NCBI GenBank assembly: GCA_004799435.1
Contig: SSMV01000169.1
Coordinates: forward strand, 980 to 64,979
DNA length: 64,000 nucleotides
Reading direction: 5' to 3'
From: Bradyrhizobium sp.
Lineage (GTDB): Bacteria; Pseudomonadota; Alphaproteobacteria; Rhizobiales; Beijerinckiaceae
Of this stretch, positions 1 to 8,351 are shown piece by piece. The notes beneath the pieces are model-generated. The model was not told the origin of the DNA and ran no database searches. It worked only from the letters and a program-made list of their open reading frames with translations. The position numbers and the translations under genes were made by a program. Position 1 is the first letter of the stretch. Each line of letters begins with the position of its first letter.

Positions 1-478
1 AGGAATCGACGAGCCGCGCCGCCAATGGCGACATGGTCATCGGCGCCATGCCCATACCAGCCGAGACCAGCGACACGGCGAGGCTGCGGTGGGTGTCGAA
101 CCAGCCGGTCACGCAGGCCATCATCGGGGCCATGATCGCGGCGGCGGCGCCGCCGACCATCAGGCCGAAAATCAACTGAAATTGAAGAAGCGAGGTCGCC
201 CGGCTGGCGAGCGCCAGACTCGCGGCGAGCAGGACCGAGCCGGTCAAAGTCACCGGCCGGGCGCCAATACGATCGTAAAGCGCGCCCCAGGCGACGCTTG
301 CCGGGGCCATCGCCAGAAAGGCGATCGTCATCGCCGCGGACACTCCGGCGACGGACCAGCCGGTGGCGTGCGAGATCGGCAAGAGAAAAACGGGGAGCGA
401 AAACATCGCGCCGATCGCCATGCAGCCGAGCAGCCCGCCCGCCGCGACAATCACCCAGCGATAATGGGAATCGGTCAT
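1..478 (-). CDS. MFS transporter, 5' part only (runs off the window edge; absent from the ORF track)
   Basis: Manual translation from the ATG at 478: MTDSHYRWVIVAAGGLLGCMAIGAMFSLPVFLLPISHATGWSVAGVSAAMTIAFLAM...WGALYDRIGARPV. Hydrophobic helices plus an MFS motif-A-like G-x3-D-R-x-G-x-R; open to base 1. Confidence 0.88.
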   Translation of the reverse strand, partial: MTDSHYRWVIVAAGGLLGCMAIGAMFSLPVFLLPISHATGWSVAGVSAAMTIAFLAMAPASVAWGALYDRIGARPVTLTGSVLLAASLALASRATSLLQFQLIFGLMVGGAAAAIMAPMMACVTGWFDTHRSLAVSLVSAGMGMAPMTMSPLAARLVDS

Positions 479-554
479 GAAGCGCGATCCTCAAGATGAC
501 GAACCCGGCCTGATTATCGGCCAGCGTTGCGACCATAAAGAGGCTTCCGTGGAA

Positions 555-574
555 AATCAACCCATCGGTTGATT
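555..574. promoter_or_regulatory. Perfect 8-bp inverted repeat AATCAACC-catc-GGTTGATT, candidate repressor operator
   Basis: Read directly from the sequence; lies in the AT-rich divergent intergenic region about 80 bp upstream of the MFS start. Confidence 0.5.
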
Positions 575-717
575 ATTACTCCGCCACCCGTTTTCGCGGT
601 GAACTGCCGAGGTCCGCCGATTGCCGGCCTGTCGGCCTCTGCTAAAATATTGAGCGGCCGGGCGAGAATATCAATTCAACAAACCGCCGATCGGGCGCGA
701 ACTTGGGGGGACGGCTC

Positions 718-1119
718 ATGATGACGTTTCTTTTTTCCGCGCAGGGTCGAATAAACCGGGCCAAATTCTGGTCCTCGATTCTCTATTATTTCGTCGCATC
801 GCTGATCATCGGTGCGATCTATTTTATTCTCTGGCAGATTGTCCCCGGCACGATCGGCGACGACGGGTCGATGCATGTCGAAGGCGTCGCTGCGATCCCC
901 TATTTGATCCTCACGCTAGTCTTTTCCGTGGCCCTGATTTGGTCCGGAGTCTGCATTGGAATCAAGCGTTTCCATGATCGCGACAAATCTGGCTGGTGGA
1001 TCCTGATTCAATTCCTGCCGATCATCGGGGCGTTCTGGTATTTCATCGAGGCCGGCTGCCTGCGCGGCACCGCGGGGCCGAATCGCTTCGGCGCCGATCC
1101 GCTCGCGGGAAGGGCCTGA
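718..1119 (+). CDS. DUF805 family inner-membrane protein
   Basis: FSAQGRINRAKFW at the N-terminus, IKRFHDRDKSGWW, and RGTAGPNRFGADP at the C-terminus. Start could be 703, 718 or 721. Confidence 0.9.
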   Translation: MMTFLFSAQGRINRAKFWSSILYYFVASLIIGAIYFILWQIVPGTIGDDGSMHVEGVAAIPYLILTLVFSVALIWSGVCIGIKRFHDRDKSGWWILIQFLPIIGAFWYFIEAGCLRGTAGPNRFGADPLAGRA

Positions 1120-1129
1120 GCCCTCGCTC

Positions 1130-1172
1130 AAAAAAACAAGCGCGCCGGGCGGAGGTCAGCCTCCCGGCGCGC
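1130..1172 (-). terminator. Rho-independent terminator downstream of the 1196-1477 gene (may also serve the convergent DUF805 gene)
   Basis: GC hairpin gcgcgccgg...ccggcgcgc flanked by an A-run (aaaaaaacaa), which is a U-tract on the minus strand. Confidence 0.75.
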
Positions 1173-1195
1173 TCGATTGGCGATCGGTTGTCGGC

Positions 1196-1477
1196 TCAAT
1201 AGCAGACGTTGATCGCGCGCTGACCGATATAATTGCCCCAGTTGTCGTACATCGGGCGATAGCGGATGCAGCCGGCGTCTTCGGAGGCGATGGCGGCGCC
1301 GGCAGCGAAGCCGATCACGCCGGCGGCGGCGTAGGGGCCCCAACCATGGTAGTGCCACGGATGCCAGGGATGCGGCCACGGACCGGCGGAAGCGGGCGCG
1401 ACGGCGGCGAAAGCGACGATGAGGGCCGCCATCGTTCCGGCGACCGCCTTCTTAAGCGAAACGTTCATTGTCTTCAC
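1196..1477 (-). CDS. Small secreted protein with a signal peptide, His/Trp/Pro-rich segment and two-Cys C-terminus
   Basis: Sec-type leader ending ..APASA, then GPWPHPWHPWHYHGWGPY, a Gly/Ala helix and CIRYRPMYDNWGNYIGQRAINVC. Followed by its own terminator. Confidence 0.75.
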   Translation of the reverse strand: MKTMNVSLKKAVAGTMAALIVAFAAVAPASAGPWPHPWHPWHYHGWGPYAAAGVIGFAAGAAIASEDAGCIRYRPMYDNWGNYIGQRAINVCY

Positions 1478-1592
1478 TCCAGGGTTCGATGCGGCGCCGA
1501 TCGGCGCTACGCCTGGAGCTTACGGGATGAAAAAAGCGCAGGACCGAGGACGGCCCTGCGCTTTGTCAAATCGCGCAAAGGAGAAGCGAGGC

Positions 1593-2855
1593 TTAGGCCG
1601 CTTCCTCCACCGCCGCTTCGTCGCCCTCGCCCGGCTCCGCCTTCGCGGTGCGGCGCTGCGAGCGGCGCAAATGGCTTTCGATCAGCTTCATCGCTTCGAT
1701 TTCGCTGAGCTTCTGCACGGCGGCGATCTCGCGAACGATCCGGTCCAGCGCCGCCTCGTAGAGTTGACGCTCGGAATAGGACTGCTCCGGCTGCGCCTCA
1801 GAGCGATAGAGGTCGCGCACCACCTCGGCGATGGCGTTAATGTCGCCCGAATTGATCTTCGCCTCATATTCCTGCGCGCGACGCGACCACATGGTGCGCT
1901 TGATACGCGCCCGCCCGGTCAGGATCTCAAGCGACTTGCGCGCGACCTCGGGCTCCGACAGCTTGCGCATGCCGACGGCGACGACCTTGGAGGTCGGCAC
2001 GCGCAGGGTCATCTTGTCCTTGGCGAAATTGATCACGTAGAGCTCGAGCCGGAAGCCGGCGACGTCCTGCTCCTCGATCAAGACGATCTGACCGACGCCA
2101 TGGGCCGGATAGACCACGAATTCATTGACCTTGAAGCCCGGACGCGGCGCGGCGGGCTTAACCGCCGCCTTGGCGGCCTCGAGGGGCCCAGCGACCGGCG
2201 CGGCTTCGGCCGGCCGGCCCTTGAAGGGGAACGGCGCGCGCTTGGCGAGCGACGGCGCGACGGCCGGCTGAACAGCGGCGGGGCTGGCGGCGACCGGCTT
2301 GCCCATAAGCGGCTTGCCCATAACCGGCTTGCCCATAACCGGCTTGCCAATGACCGGCTTGCCGGCGACCGGGCTGGCGGCCACCGGCTTCGCAGCCGCA
2401 GGCTTGGCGGTGGCAATTTTGGCGGCGGCGACTTTGGCGGCTTCCTTGGCGGCGGTCTGTTTGGCGTTCAATTTGATTTCCGCTGCCTTGTTGGCCTTTA
2501 CGGCGTGATTGCTCTTTGCTTCATGGGCCTTGGCGTCATGGGCGGCCTTGGCGGCCGCCAGGGCGCGCCGCTTCGCCGCCGCGGCCCGCTTGACGGCGGT
2601 CGCGGCCTTGGCGGCGTTGGCCTTTTTGGCGGCGCTGGCCGCCTTGGCGGCGCGTGCCCGCGCCGCGTCGCTCTTGCCCGATTTCGCTGCGGCTTTGGCC
2701 TTGGCGGTCCGGGCGCTCTTGGCGGCGGACGAGGTGCGGGCGGAGGAAGCCGCCTTGCGCTTACGGCTCGAGGCTGCCCCGGCCGAGGCTTTCGCCTTGC
2801 CGCCGGCCGCTCTCGACGCCTGTCTGGTTGCCTTCTTGCGCGCCGCCATGGCCAA
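1593..2855 (-). CDS. carD: CarD/CdnL-family RNA polymerase-binding regulator with a long Lys/Ala/Pro-rich N-terminal extension
   Basis: GFKVNEFVVYPAHGVGQI, KMTLRVP and MWSRRAQEYEAKINSG are CarD_CdnL_TRCF motifs; lies downstream of fdxA, as usual in alphaproteobacteria. Confidence 0.93.
   Translation of the reverse strand: MAMAARKKATRQASRAAGGKAKASAGAASSRKRKAASSARTSSAAKSARTAKAKAAAKSGKSDAARARAAKAASAAKKANAAKAATAVKRAAAAKRRALAAAKAAHDAKAHEAKSNHAVKANKAAEIKLNAKQTAAKEAAKVAAAKIATAKPAAAKPVAASPVAGKPVIGKPVMGKPVMGKPLMGKPVAASPAAVQPAVAPSLAKRAPFPFKGRPAEAAPVAGPLEAAKAAVKPAAPRPGFKVNEFVVYPAHGVGQIVLIEEQDVAGFRLELYVINFAKDKMTLRVPTSKVVAVGMRKLSEPEVARKSLEILTGRARIKRTMWSRRAQEYEAKINSGDINAIAEVVRDLYRSEAQPEQSYSERQLYEAALDRIVREIAAVQKLSEIEAMKLIESHLRRSQRRTAKAEPGEGDEAAVEEAA
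2279..2383 (-). repeat. In-frame 15-bp tandem repeat, 7 units, encoding PVAAS-PVAGK-PVIGK-PVMGK-PVMGK-PLMGK-PVAAS
   Basis: Plus-strand units such as ccggcttgcccataa, gcggcttgcccataa, ccggcttgcccataa, ccggcttgccaatga and ccggcttgccggcga read directly. Confidence 0.9.
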
Positions 2856-3067
2856 AACTCCAAACGCAAGCCTGACCGGCCGGACAATTCCCGAAACGCC
2901 GGTGCGATCAGACCTTAAGGTTAACGCGATTTGCGCCCTTTATCGCGATATGGGGGCGCAGCTGGTTGAACGCGAGGCCCGCAAGCCTCTTCAACCATTT
3001 CTTTATCACGATTTTGGCCAACAATCAAAAACGAGCAGGCGCCACAGTTAACTACCGGCGCTCCTGT

Positions 3068-3406
3068 TCAATCGCCTTCTCCGGGCTTGGGCGAAAAATA
3101 GGCCTCAAACTTGCCCGGCTTGCCGTCGAATTCCTTCCCGTCGGCCGGCGGCTCATGCTTGGTGGTGATATTGGGCCAGGACTTCGCGTAATCGGCGTTG
3201 ATTTTAAGCCAGGAATCGAGATTGGGCTCGGTGTCGGGCTTGATCGCCTCGGCGGGGCATTCCGGCTCGCACACGCCGCAGTCGATGCACTCGTCCGGGT
3301 GAATGACGAGCATATTCTCGCCTTCGTAGAAGCAGTCGACCGGACAGACTTCAACGCAGTCCATGTACTTGCACTTGATGCAGTTTTCGACAACCACATA
3401 CGTCAT
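3068..3406 (-). CDS. fdxA: 7Fe ferredoxin (FdxA family)
   Basis: [29 protein letters not shown]...[12 protein letters not shown] is the classic Fd I signature. Confidence 0.97.
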   Translation of the reverse strand: MTYVVVENCIKCKYMDCVEVCPVDCFYEGENMLVIHPDECIDCGVCEPECPAEAIKPDTEPNLDSWLKINADYAKSWPNITTKHEPPADGKEFDGKPGKFEAYFSPKPGEGD

Positions 3407-3486
3407 CGTCGTCCTTCGCCCCGTCCGTTGCTACTGGCGCTCTATATAGGAATTTCGCCGTTAGAAAAGCCGTCTTACGGCGCCTG

Positions 3487-5271
3487 TCATCGGCTCTTGT
3501 CCCGCGATTGCAGCAGCGGCTTGAGATCAAGCAGTTTGGCGAAGGGCGAGTCGAGATTGACGCTCGGCTTACGCGGTTCGGCCCCGGCCGGTCGCGCGGC
3601 GCCCGCCCCCGGTTTGGCGCTGGCCTGGGCGTCGGTCTTGGCCCCAGTCTCGCCGGCTCGGTCCCGGCGATCGTCGCGCCGCTCGCCTCCCCCGTGCGTT
3701 TTGCCGGGGCCTTTGCCGCCTTCGCGCCGCCAGGGCGGCGGTCCGCGCCGCGCCTCGCCGCTTCGTTCCGGTTTCGCCGCCTCGCCGCCTTGAGCCGGCG
3801 CGCCTTCCGCGCCCTTATTGCCGCGCCAGGGTTTGCGAGGCCGCGCGTCGTCGGGACGGCGCATTTGCGCTGGCGGATTGGCGTCGGCAGCGCCGGCCTC
3901 GCGGGGCGGCCCGCGATGACGATGATGCGGCGGATGGCGCGGACGGCGCGGCGCCAGTCGCCAAACCTCGATCATCTCGTCCTCGCCGGGCGCTTCGCCG
4001 GCGGCTGGGATGGTCGTCGGAGTTGGCTCGGCTTGGGCCGCGGCTTCCGACTGTGCGTCGGCCTGGACCTCTGGTTCGGCTTGGGCTTCGGCCTCGCCGG
4101 GGGCGGCCGATTCCGCAACCGGTTCGGATTGCAGGATCGCGTCTGGCTCCGCCGTCGCAATCGCCTTTTCAGGCGCTGCAGCCTCTGCGGCGGGTTCACT
4201 TGCCTGCGCTGCCTCGCCAGCGACAGCCGGCGCGTCGCTCGGCTGAACGGGAGCGGCGACAGAAGCAGCGCGGGATGCGGCGGCGGCGAGATAGGCCGAT
4301 TTCTTCACCGCATGGGCGACAAAGCCGAGCGAACGCAGGATCGAGGCGAAATGCTCGCCCGAACAGCCGGTTAGCGAGGTCATCTGATTGCTGACGACGA
4401 AGCCGTCGGCATCGTCCGACGAACCGGGCGCGCGCGGCAGCGCGACGCGGATCAAATCGGTCAGGCGCTCGACAATATCGACCCGCACCGCGCGTTCGCC
4501 GCAGAGGCGAAACCCGGCGACGCGATAGAGCTCGGCGGAAGCCGGCGGCTCCACGGCGAAAGAGGTGCGCCCCGACGCGGCGAAATGCAGCAGTTTTTCC
4601 GCCGCGCCCTCGCCGTCGCCTTCGGGGCGCGAGAGCGCCCAGAGATGGGCGCAGAGCGTGCGCGCCGACGGCTTCAGCAGGGCCGGAACGAAAATGTAAT
4701 GCGCGCCGAACCGCACGCCGAGCTTGCGCAGCGCCCCGCGCGCCTCCTGATCGAGGCTCTTGACCTGAGCCTTGACGCGTTCGCGTTCGAGCACGCCGAG
4801 CGCCTGCGAAACCTTGAGCGCGATCTCGCGCGCCGGCTCCGTGATCGCCTCGGCGTCGGCCAGGCCGATCAATGGCCCCAGCACTTTGCGCATATGCTCT
4901 GCAAGCCATAGCGACACGCGGCGCTCGGCGGCGGCGCGGCTTTCTGCGGAAAGCGCGTCGTCGGCGAGCAGCACGGCGCGCGGCGCAAGCGGCGCTTCGC
5001 CGGCCGCGAGCTTGGCGACGGGATCGCCGAGCCAGCGGATCGCGCCGTCATTGGCGAGCACCAAAGAATCGTCGACCGCTTCGGCCAGGCGCGCGGCGCG
5101 CGCGGCCAATTCGCTGGCCAGCGCCTCGCGACGCGCCCCATCGTCGACGCCGGCCGTCGCGTCGGCGGCCACATGCGCCCGCAAGCCGCGAATGGCGTTT
5201 GCATCGAAGGCCGGCGCGGACGGCGCGTCTATCGGCGGTTCGCCAGCCTGCGTCGCTTCTGGCTCTGACAT
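3487..5271 (-). CDS. C-terminal domain-only homologue of the alphaproteobacterial MgpS-type (SUV3-like) helicase, with no helicase core
   Basis: Contains LANDGAIRWLGDPVAKL, GVRFGAHYIFVPALLKP, SGRTSF, AVRVDIVERL, MTSLTGCSGEHFASILRSLG and terminal DSPFAKL, which I recognise from the C-terminal half of that family. No Walker A or DExH motif is present. Confidence 0.75.
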   Translation of the reverse strand: MSEPEATQAGEPPIDAPSAPAFDANAIRGLRAHVAADATAGVDDGARREALASELAARAARLAEAVDDSLVLANDGAIRWLGDPVAKLAAGEAPLAPRAVLLADDALSAESRAAAERRVSLWLAEHMRKVLGPLIGLADAEAITEPAREIALKVSQALGVLERERVKAQVKSLDQEARGALRKLGVRFGAHYIFVPALLKPSARTLCAHLWALSRPEGDGEGAAEKLLHFAASGRTSFAVEPPASAELYRVAGFRLCGERAVRVDIVERLTDLIRVALPRAPGSSDDADGFVVSNQMTSLTGCSGEHFASILRSLGFVAHAVKKSAYLAAAASRAASVAAPVQPSDAPAVAGEAAQASEPAAEAAAPEKAIATAEPDAILQSEPVAESAAPGEAEAQAEPEVQADAQSEAAAQAEPTPTTIPAAGEAPGEDEMIEVWRLAPRRPRHPPHHRHRGPPREAGAADANPPAQMRRPDDARPRKPWRGNKGAEGAPAQGGEAAKPERSGEARRGPPPWRREGGKGPGKTHGGGERRDDRRDRAGETGAKTDAQASAKPGAGAARPAGAEPRKPSVNLDSPFAKLLDLKPLLQSRDKSR

Positions 5272-5488
5272 CTCGTTTTCTCTGCCACCTCGATCTCGTC
5301 GATCGGCGCCCGGCTCGCCGCCGCCCTGAGCGAGCGCCGAGGTTCTTTACCTGAGGGGCGCGGCGGCGCCAATGGCGGGCGAAGGGGTTCGGGGCAGCGG
5401 CGCCGCGAGAAACCCATTATTTGCCGTCAAGGCCCCATGGTGCGAAGGGGCGTCTCCGGCCCCGGCCATGGTGATTCGCGACTTCGAC

Positions 5489-7021
5489 ATGTACCGCAAC
5501 TTTCTCTCCGTCGGCGGTTTCACTGCGATGTCGCGGCTGACCGGCTTTGCCCGCGATCTGATGATCGGCGCGGTCATGGGCGTCGGGCCGCTCGCCGACG
5601 CCTTCGTCGTCGCGCTGCGCCTGCCTAACCAGTTTCGCGCCATTTTTGGCGAGGGGGCTTTCAACTCGGCCTATGTGCCGACCTATTCGCGCGTTCTCGC
5701 CGCGCGGGGCGACGAGGCCGCCGCCACGCTGGCGAGCCGCATCTTCACGCTGCTGCTGATCTCGCAACTCGCGCTGCTCGCCGCCGCGTTTTTCTATACG
5801 CCGCAACTCGTCGGGCTGATCGCGCCGGGCTTTTCCGATCATCCCGAGAAATTCGCGCTCGCCGTCACGATGACGCGCATCACCTTTCCCTATCTCGCTT
5901 TCGTCACTCTTGCGACGCTGCATTCCGGCACGCTCAACGCCAATGGCTATTTCAGCGTCGCGGCCTTCGCGCCCGTCTTGCTGAATGTTTTTGTCGTCGG
6001 CTTTCTGGCGCTTGCCTCTCTCTTTCCCAACGCCGGCGAAGCGGCCTGCTGGGGTGTGCTCGCCTCGGGCCTTGCGCAGCTCGTGCTGTTGATGGCGGAG
6101 GCGCGCCGGCGCGGCGTGCTTGAGCGTCTCGCCATACCGCGGCTCGACGCCGACGTGAAACAATTCTTCGCCGCGCTCGGCCCGGCGGTGATCGGTTCGG
6201 CCGGCCAGCAGATCGCCATTCTCGCCGACACGATCCTCGCTTCGCTGCTGCCCCACGACGCCAACTCCTCGATGTATTACGCCGAGCGGCTCTATCAATT
6301 GCCGCTCGGCGTGATCGGCGTCGCCGCCGGCACCGTGCTGCTGCCGGAAATGAGCCGGCGTCTCGCTAATGGCGATCAGCGGGGCGCAGCGGCGGCGCAG
6401 AACCGCTCGATCGCGCTGACCTTCGCGCTCGCCGCGCCATTTCTCGTCGCCTTCCTCGTTCTGCCCGACGAGACGATGCGCGGAGCCTTTCTGCGCGGGG
6501 CTTTCACCGCCGAGGCGGCGCGCGGCTCGGCCCTGGTGCTCGCCGCCTATGGGCTGGGGCTCGCGCCGATGGTGCTGATCCGCTCGGCGATCGCGAGCTT
6601 CCAGTCGCGCGGCGACACAACGACGCCGATGCTGTGTTTCTTCGCCGGTCTCGCGGTCAATCTGGCGCTCAAGCTGACGCTTTATCGCGACCTGGGGCCC
6701 GCCGGCCTGGCCCTCGGCACGGCGGCGGGCGCATGGATCAATTTCGCCTTGCTGCTCGGCGTCGGCAAGCGCTGGGGATGGTTCGCGCCCGACAGGCGGC
6801 TGATCGAAAATGTCGCCGTGGCGCTGATCGGCGTGGGCGCGGCGGCGATCGCCGCGCCCTGGCTCTTCAGTTGGGTCGACGAGTACGTGCGCGACCTCGC
6901 AATGCTGCGAGGCGAACTCGACATTGTCGCCGCCGGCCTGCTTACGCTCGTGGTCTATGGCGCCGTATCGGCCCTGGCGCTGCTCGCGCTCGGCCGTTCG
7001 CCGCGCCGTCAGCCGCTCTGA
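5489..7021 (+). CDS. murJ: Lipid II flippase MurJ (MviN)
   Basis: SRLTGFARD, RLPNQFRAIFGEGAFNSAYVP and YYAERLYQLPLGVIG. Start placed at MYRNF (5489); the ORF track starts at 5372. Confidence 0.95.
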   Translation: MYRNFLSVGGFTAMSRLTGFARDLMIGAVMGVGPLADAFVVALRLPNQFRAIFGEGAFNSAYVPTYSRVLAARGDEAAATLASRIFTLLLISQLALLAAAFFYTPQLVGLIAPGFSDHPEKFALAVTMTRITFPYLAFVTLATLHSGTLNANGYFSVAAFAPVLLNVFVVGFLALASLFPNAGEAACWGVLASGLAQLVLLMAEARRRGVLERLAIPRLDADVKQFFAALGPAVIGSAGQQIAILADTILASLLPHDANSSMYYAERLYQLPLGVIGVAAGTVLLPEMSRRLANGDQRGAAAAQNRSIALTFALAAPFLVAFLVLPDETMRGAFLRGAFTAEAARGSALVLAAYGLGLAPMVLIRSAIASFQSRGDTTTPMLCFFAGLAVNLALKLTLYRDLGPAGLALGTAAGAWINFALLLGVGKRWGWFAPDRRLIENVAVALIGVGAAAIAAPWLFSWVDEYVRDLAMLRGELDIVAAGLLTLVVYGAVSALALLALGRSPRRQPL

Positions 7022-7111
7022 GCGATCCGCGGCTCGGGCTTACCTGACAAGACTTGCTCGAGAGCCGAATTGTGCTAGGCGAATGCCCCGCTCACGCTTT
7101 TTGGGGAATTC

Positions 7112-8347
7112 ATGTCGCGTCGTTCCATCGTCATCGTCGGCGCGGGTCACGCCGGCGTTCAGGCGGCCGCCAGCCTGCGCGAAGAAGGAAGCGACGATGC
7201 GATCACGCTGCTGAGCGCTGAGCGGGATCTGCCCTATCAGCGCCCGCCCCTGTCGAAAGCCTTTCTCAAAGGTGCGATGGACCTCGCCGGCCTGCCGCTG
7301 CGAGCCGAACAATTCTATCGCGAAAAAAACATCGATCTCCGCCTCGGCGTCGCGGCGACGCGCATCGATCTCGCCGCCAAACGGATCGAACTCGCGCACG
7401 GGCCGGCCGAGCCCTTCGATCATCTCATCCTCGCTTTAGGCGCCCGCTCGCGCCCCTTTGCACTGCCGGGCGTCGAACTCGACGGCGTGCTGTCGCTGCG
7501 CAACATCGCCGACGCGCAGGCGATCCGCGAGCGGCTGGGCGCCGGGCGGCGGGTCGTCGTCGTCGGCGCCGGCTTCATCGGCCTTGAGATCGCCGCCACC
7601 GCGCTGGCGCTGAGCGGCGCTGTGACGGTGATCGAAATCGCCGATCGGCCGCTCGGCCGCGCGGTGTCGCCATTGACCTCAGACTTTTTCCGCGACGCGC
7701 ATCGCGCCTTTGGCGCGAGTTTCCGTTTCGGCGTCGGCGTCGCGGCGATCGAAGGCGTGGGCGGAACGGTCACGGCGGTTGTGCTGACCGACGGCGAACG
7801 GCTTGAGGCCGACGTCGTCATCGTCGGGGTCGGCGTCTTTGCCGAGGACCGGCTGGCGCGCGAGGCTGGTCTTGAGAGCAAGGACGGCGTGATTGTCGAC
7901 GAGCATCTTGTCTCATCGAACCCGGCCGTGTCGGCGATCGGCGATGGCGCGCGCTTTCCGCAACATTCGGTTCGTCAGGCGCTGCGTCTTGAATCGGTGC
8001 AGAACGCGGTCGACCAGGGGCGAGCGACGGCGCGGCGATTGATGGGCAAGCCTGAGCCCTATCGCGCGCTGCCGTGGTTCTGGAGCGACCAGGGCGATCT
8101 GAAATTGCAGATCGCCGGCCTGTCGCATCGCGTCGATCGCTGGACGCTGCGCGGCGATCCGCAGTCGCGCGCTTTCGCCGCCTTCGGCTTCGCGGGCCCG
8201 ACGCTGGCGGCGGTGGAGACCGTCAATCGCGGCGCCGATCACATGGCGGCGCGACGCATTATCGGCGGCGGCCTGCCGCTGACGCCCGAAGAGGCGGCCG
8301 ATCCGGCCTTCGATCTGCGCAAGCTGGCGCTGTCCGTCAAGGCGTGA
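7112..8347 (+). CDS. NAD(P)/FAD-dependent ferredoxin reductase (putidaredoxin/rhodocoxin reductase-like)
   Basis: GAGHAG FAD motif, PYQRPPLSKAFL, VVGAGFIGLE NADH motif, RLESVQNA and PWFWSDQ. Confidence 0.92.
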   Translation: MSRRSIVIVGAGHAGVQAAASLREEGSDDAITLLSAERDLPYQRPPLSKAFLKGAMDLAGLPLRAEQFYREKNIDLRLGVAATRIDLAAKRIELAHGPAEPFDHLILALGARSRPFALPGVELDGVLSLRNIADAQAIRERLGAGRRVVVVGAGFIGLEIAATALALSGAVTVIEIADRPLGRAVSPLTSDFFRDAHRAFGASFRFGVGVAAIEGVGGTVTAVVLTDGERLEADVVIVGVGVFAEDRLAREAGLESKDGVIVDEHLVSSNPAVSAIGDGARFPQHSVRQALRLESVQNAVDQGRATARRLMGKPEPYRALPWFWSDQGDLKLQIAGLSHRVDRWTLRGDPQSRAFAAFGFAGPTLAAVETVNRGADHMAARRIIGGGLPLTPEEAADPAFDLRKLALSVKA

Positions 8348-8351
8348 ACCC

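Noticed and set aside
89-499. 136-aa plus-strand ORF at the window start
   Set aside because: It is the shadow of the minus-strand MFS transporter, which the ORF track missed because it runs off the edge.
2279-2383. Possible CRISPR or mobile repeat
   Set aside because: The units are contiguous 15-mers without spacers, in frame within carD; no cas genes are present.
3440-3475. RpoH-type promoter for fdxA (CCTATAT on the minus strand)
   Set aside because: The -10 matches, but I found no CTTGAA-like -35 at the right spacing.
7112-8347. Link between this reductase and the proposed P450 step of 1,5-anhydro-mannitol catabolism
   Set aside because: It lies about 20 kb from afr in a core-gene context, with no P450 or shared regulatory motif seen.
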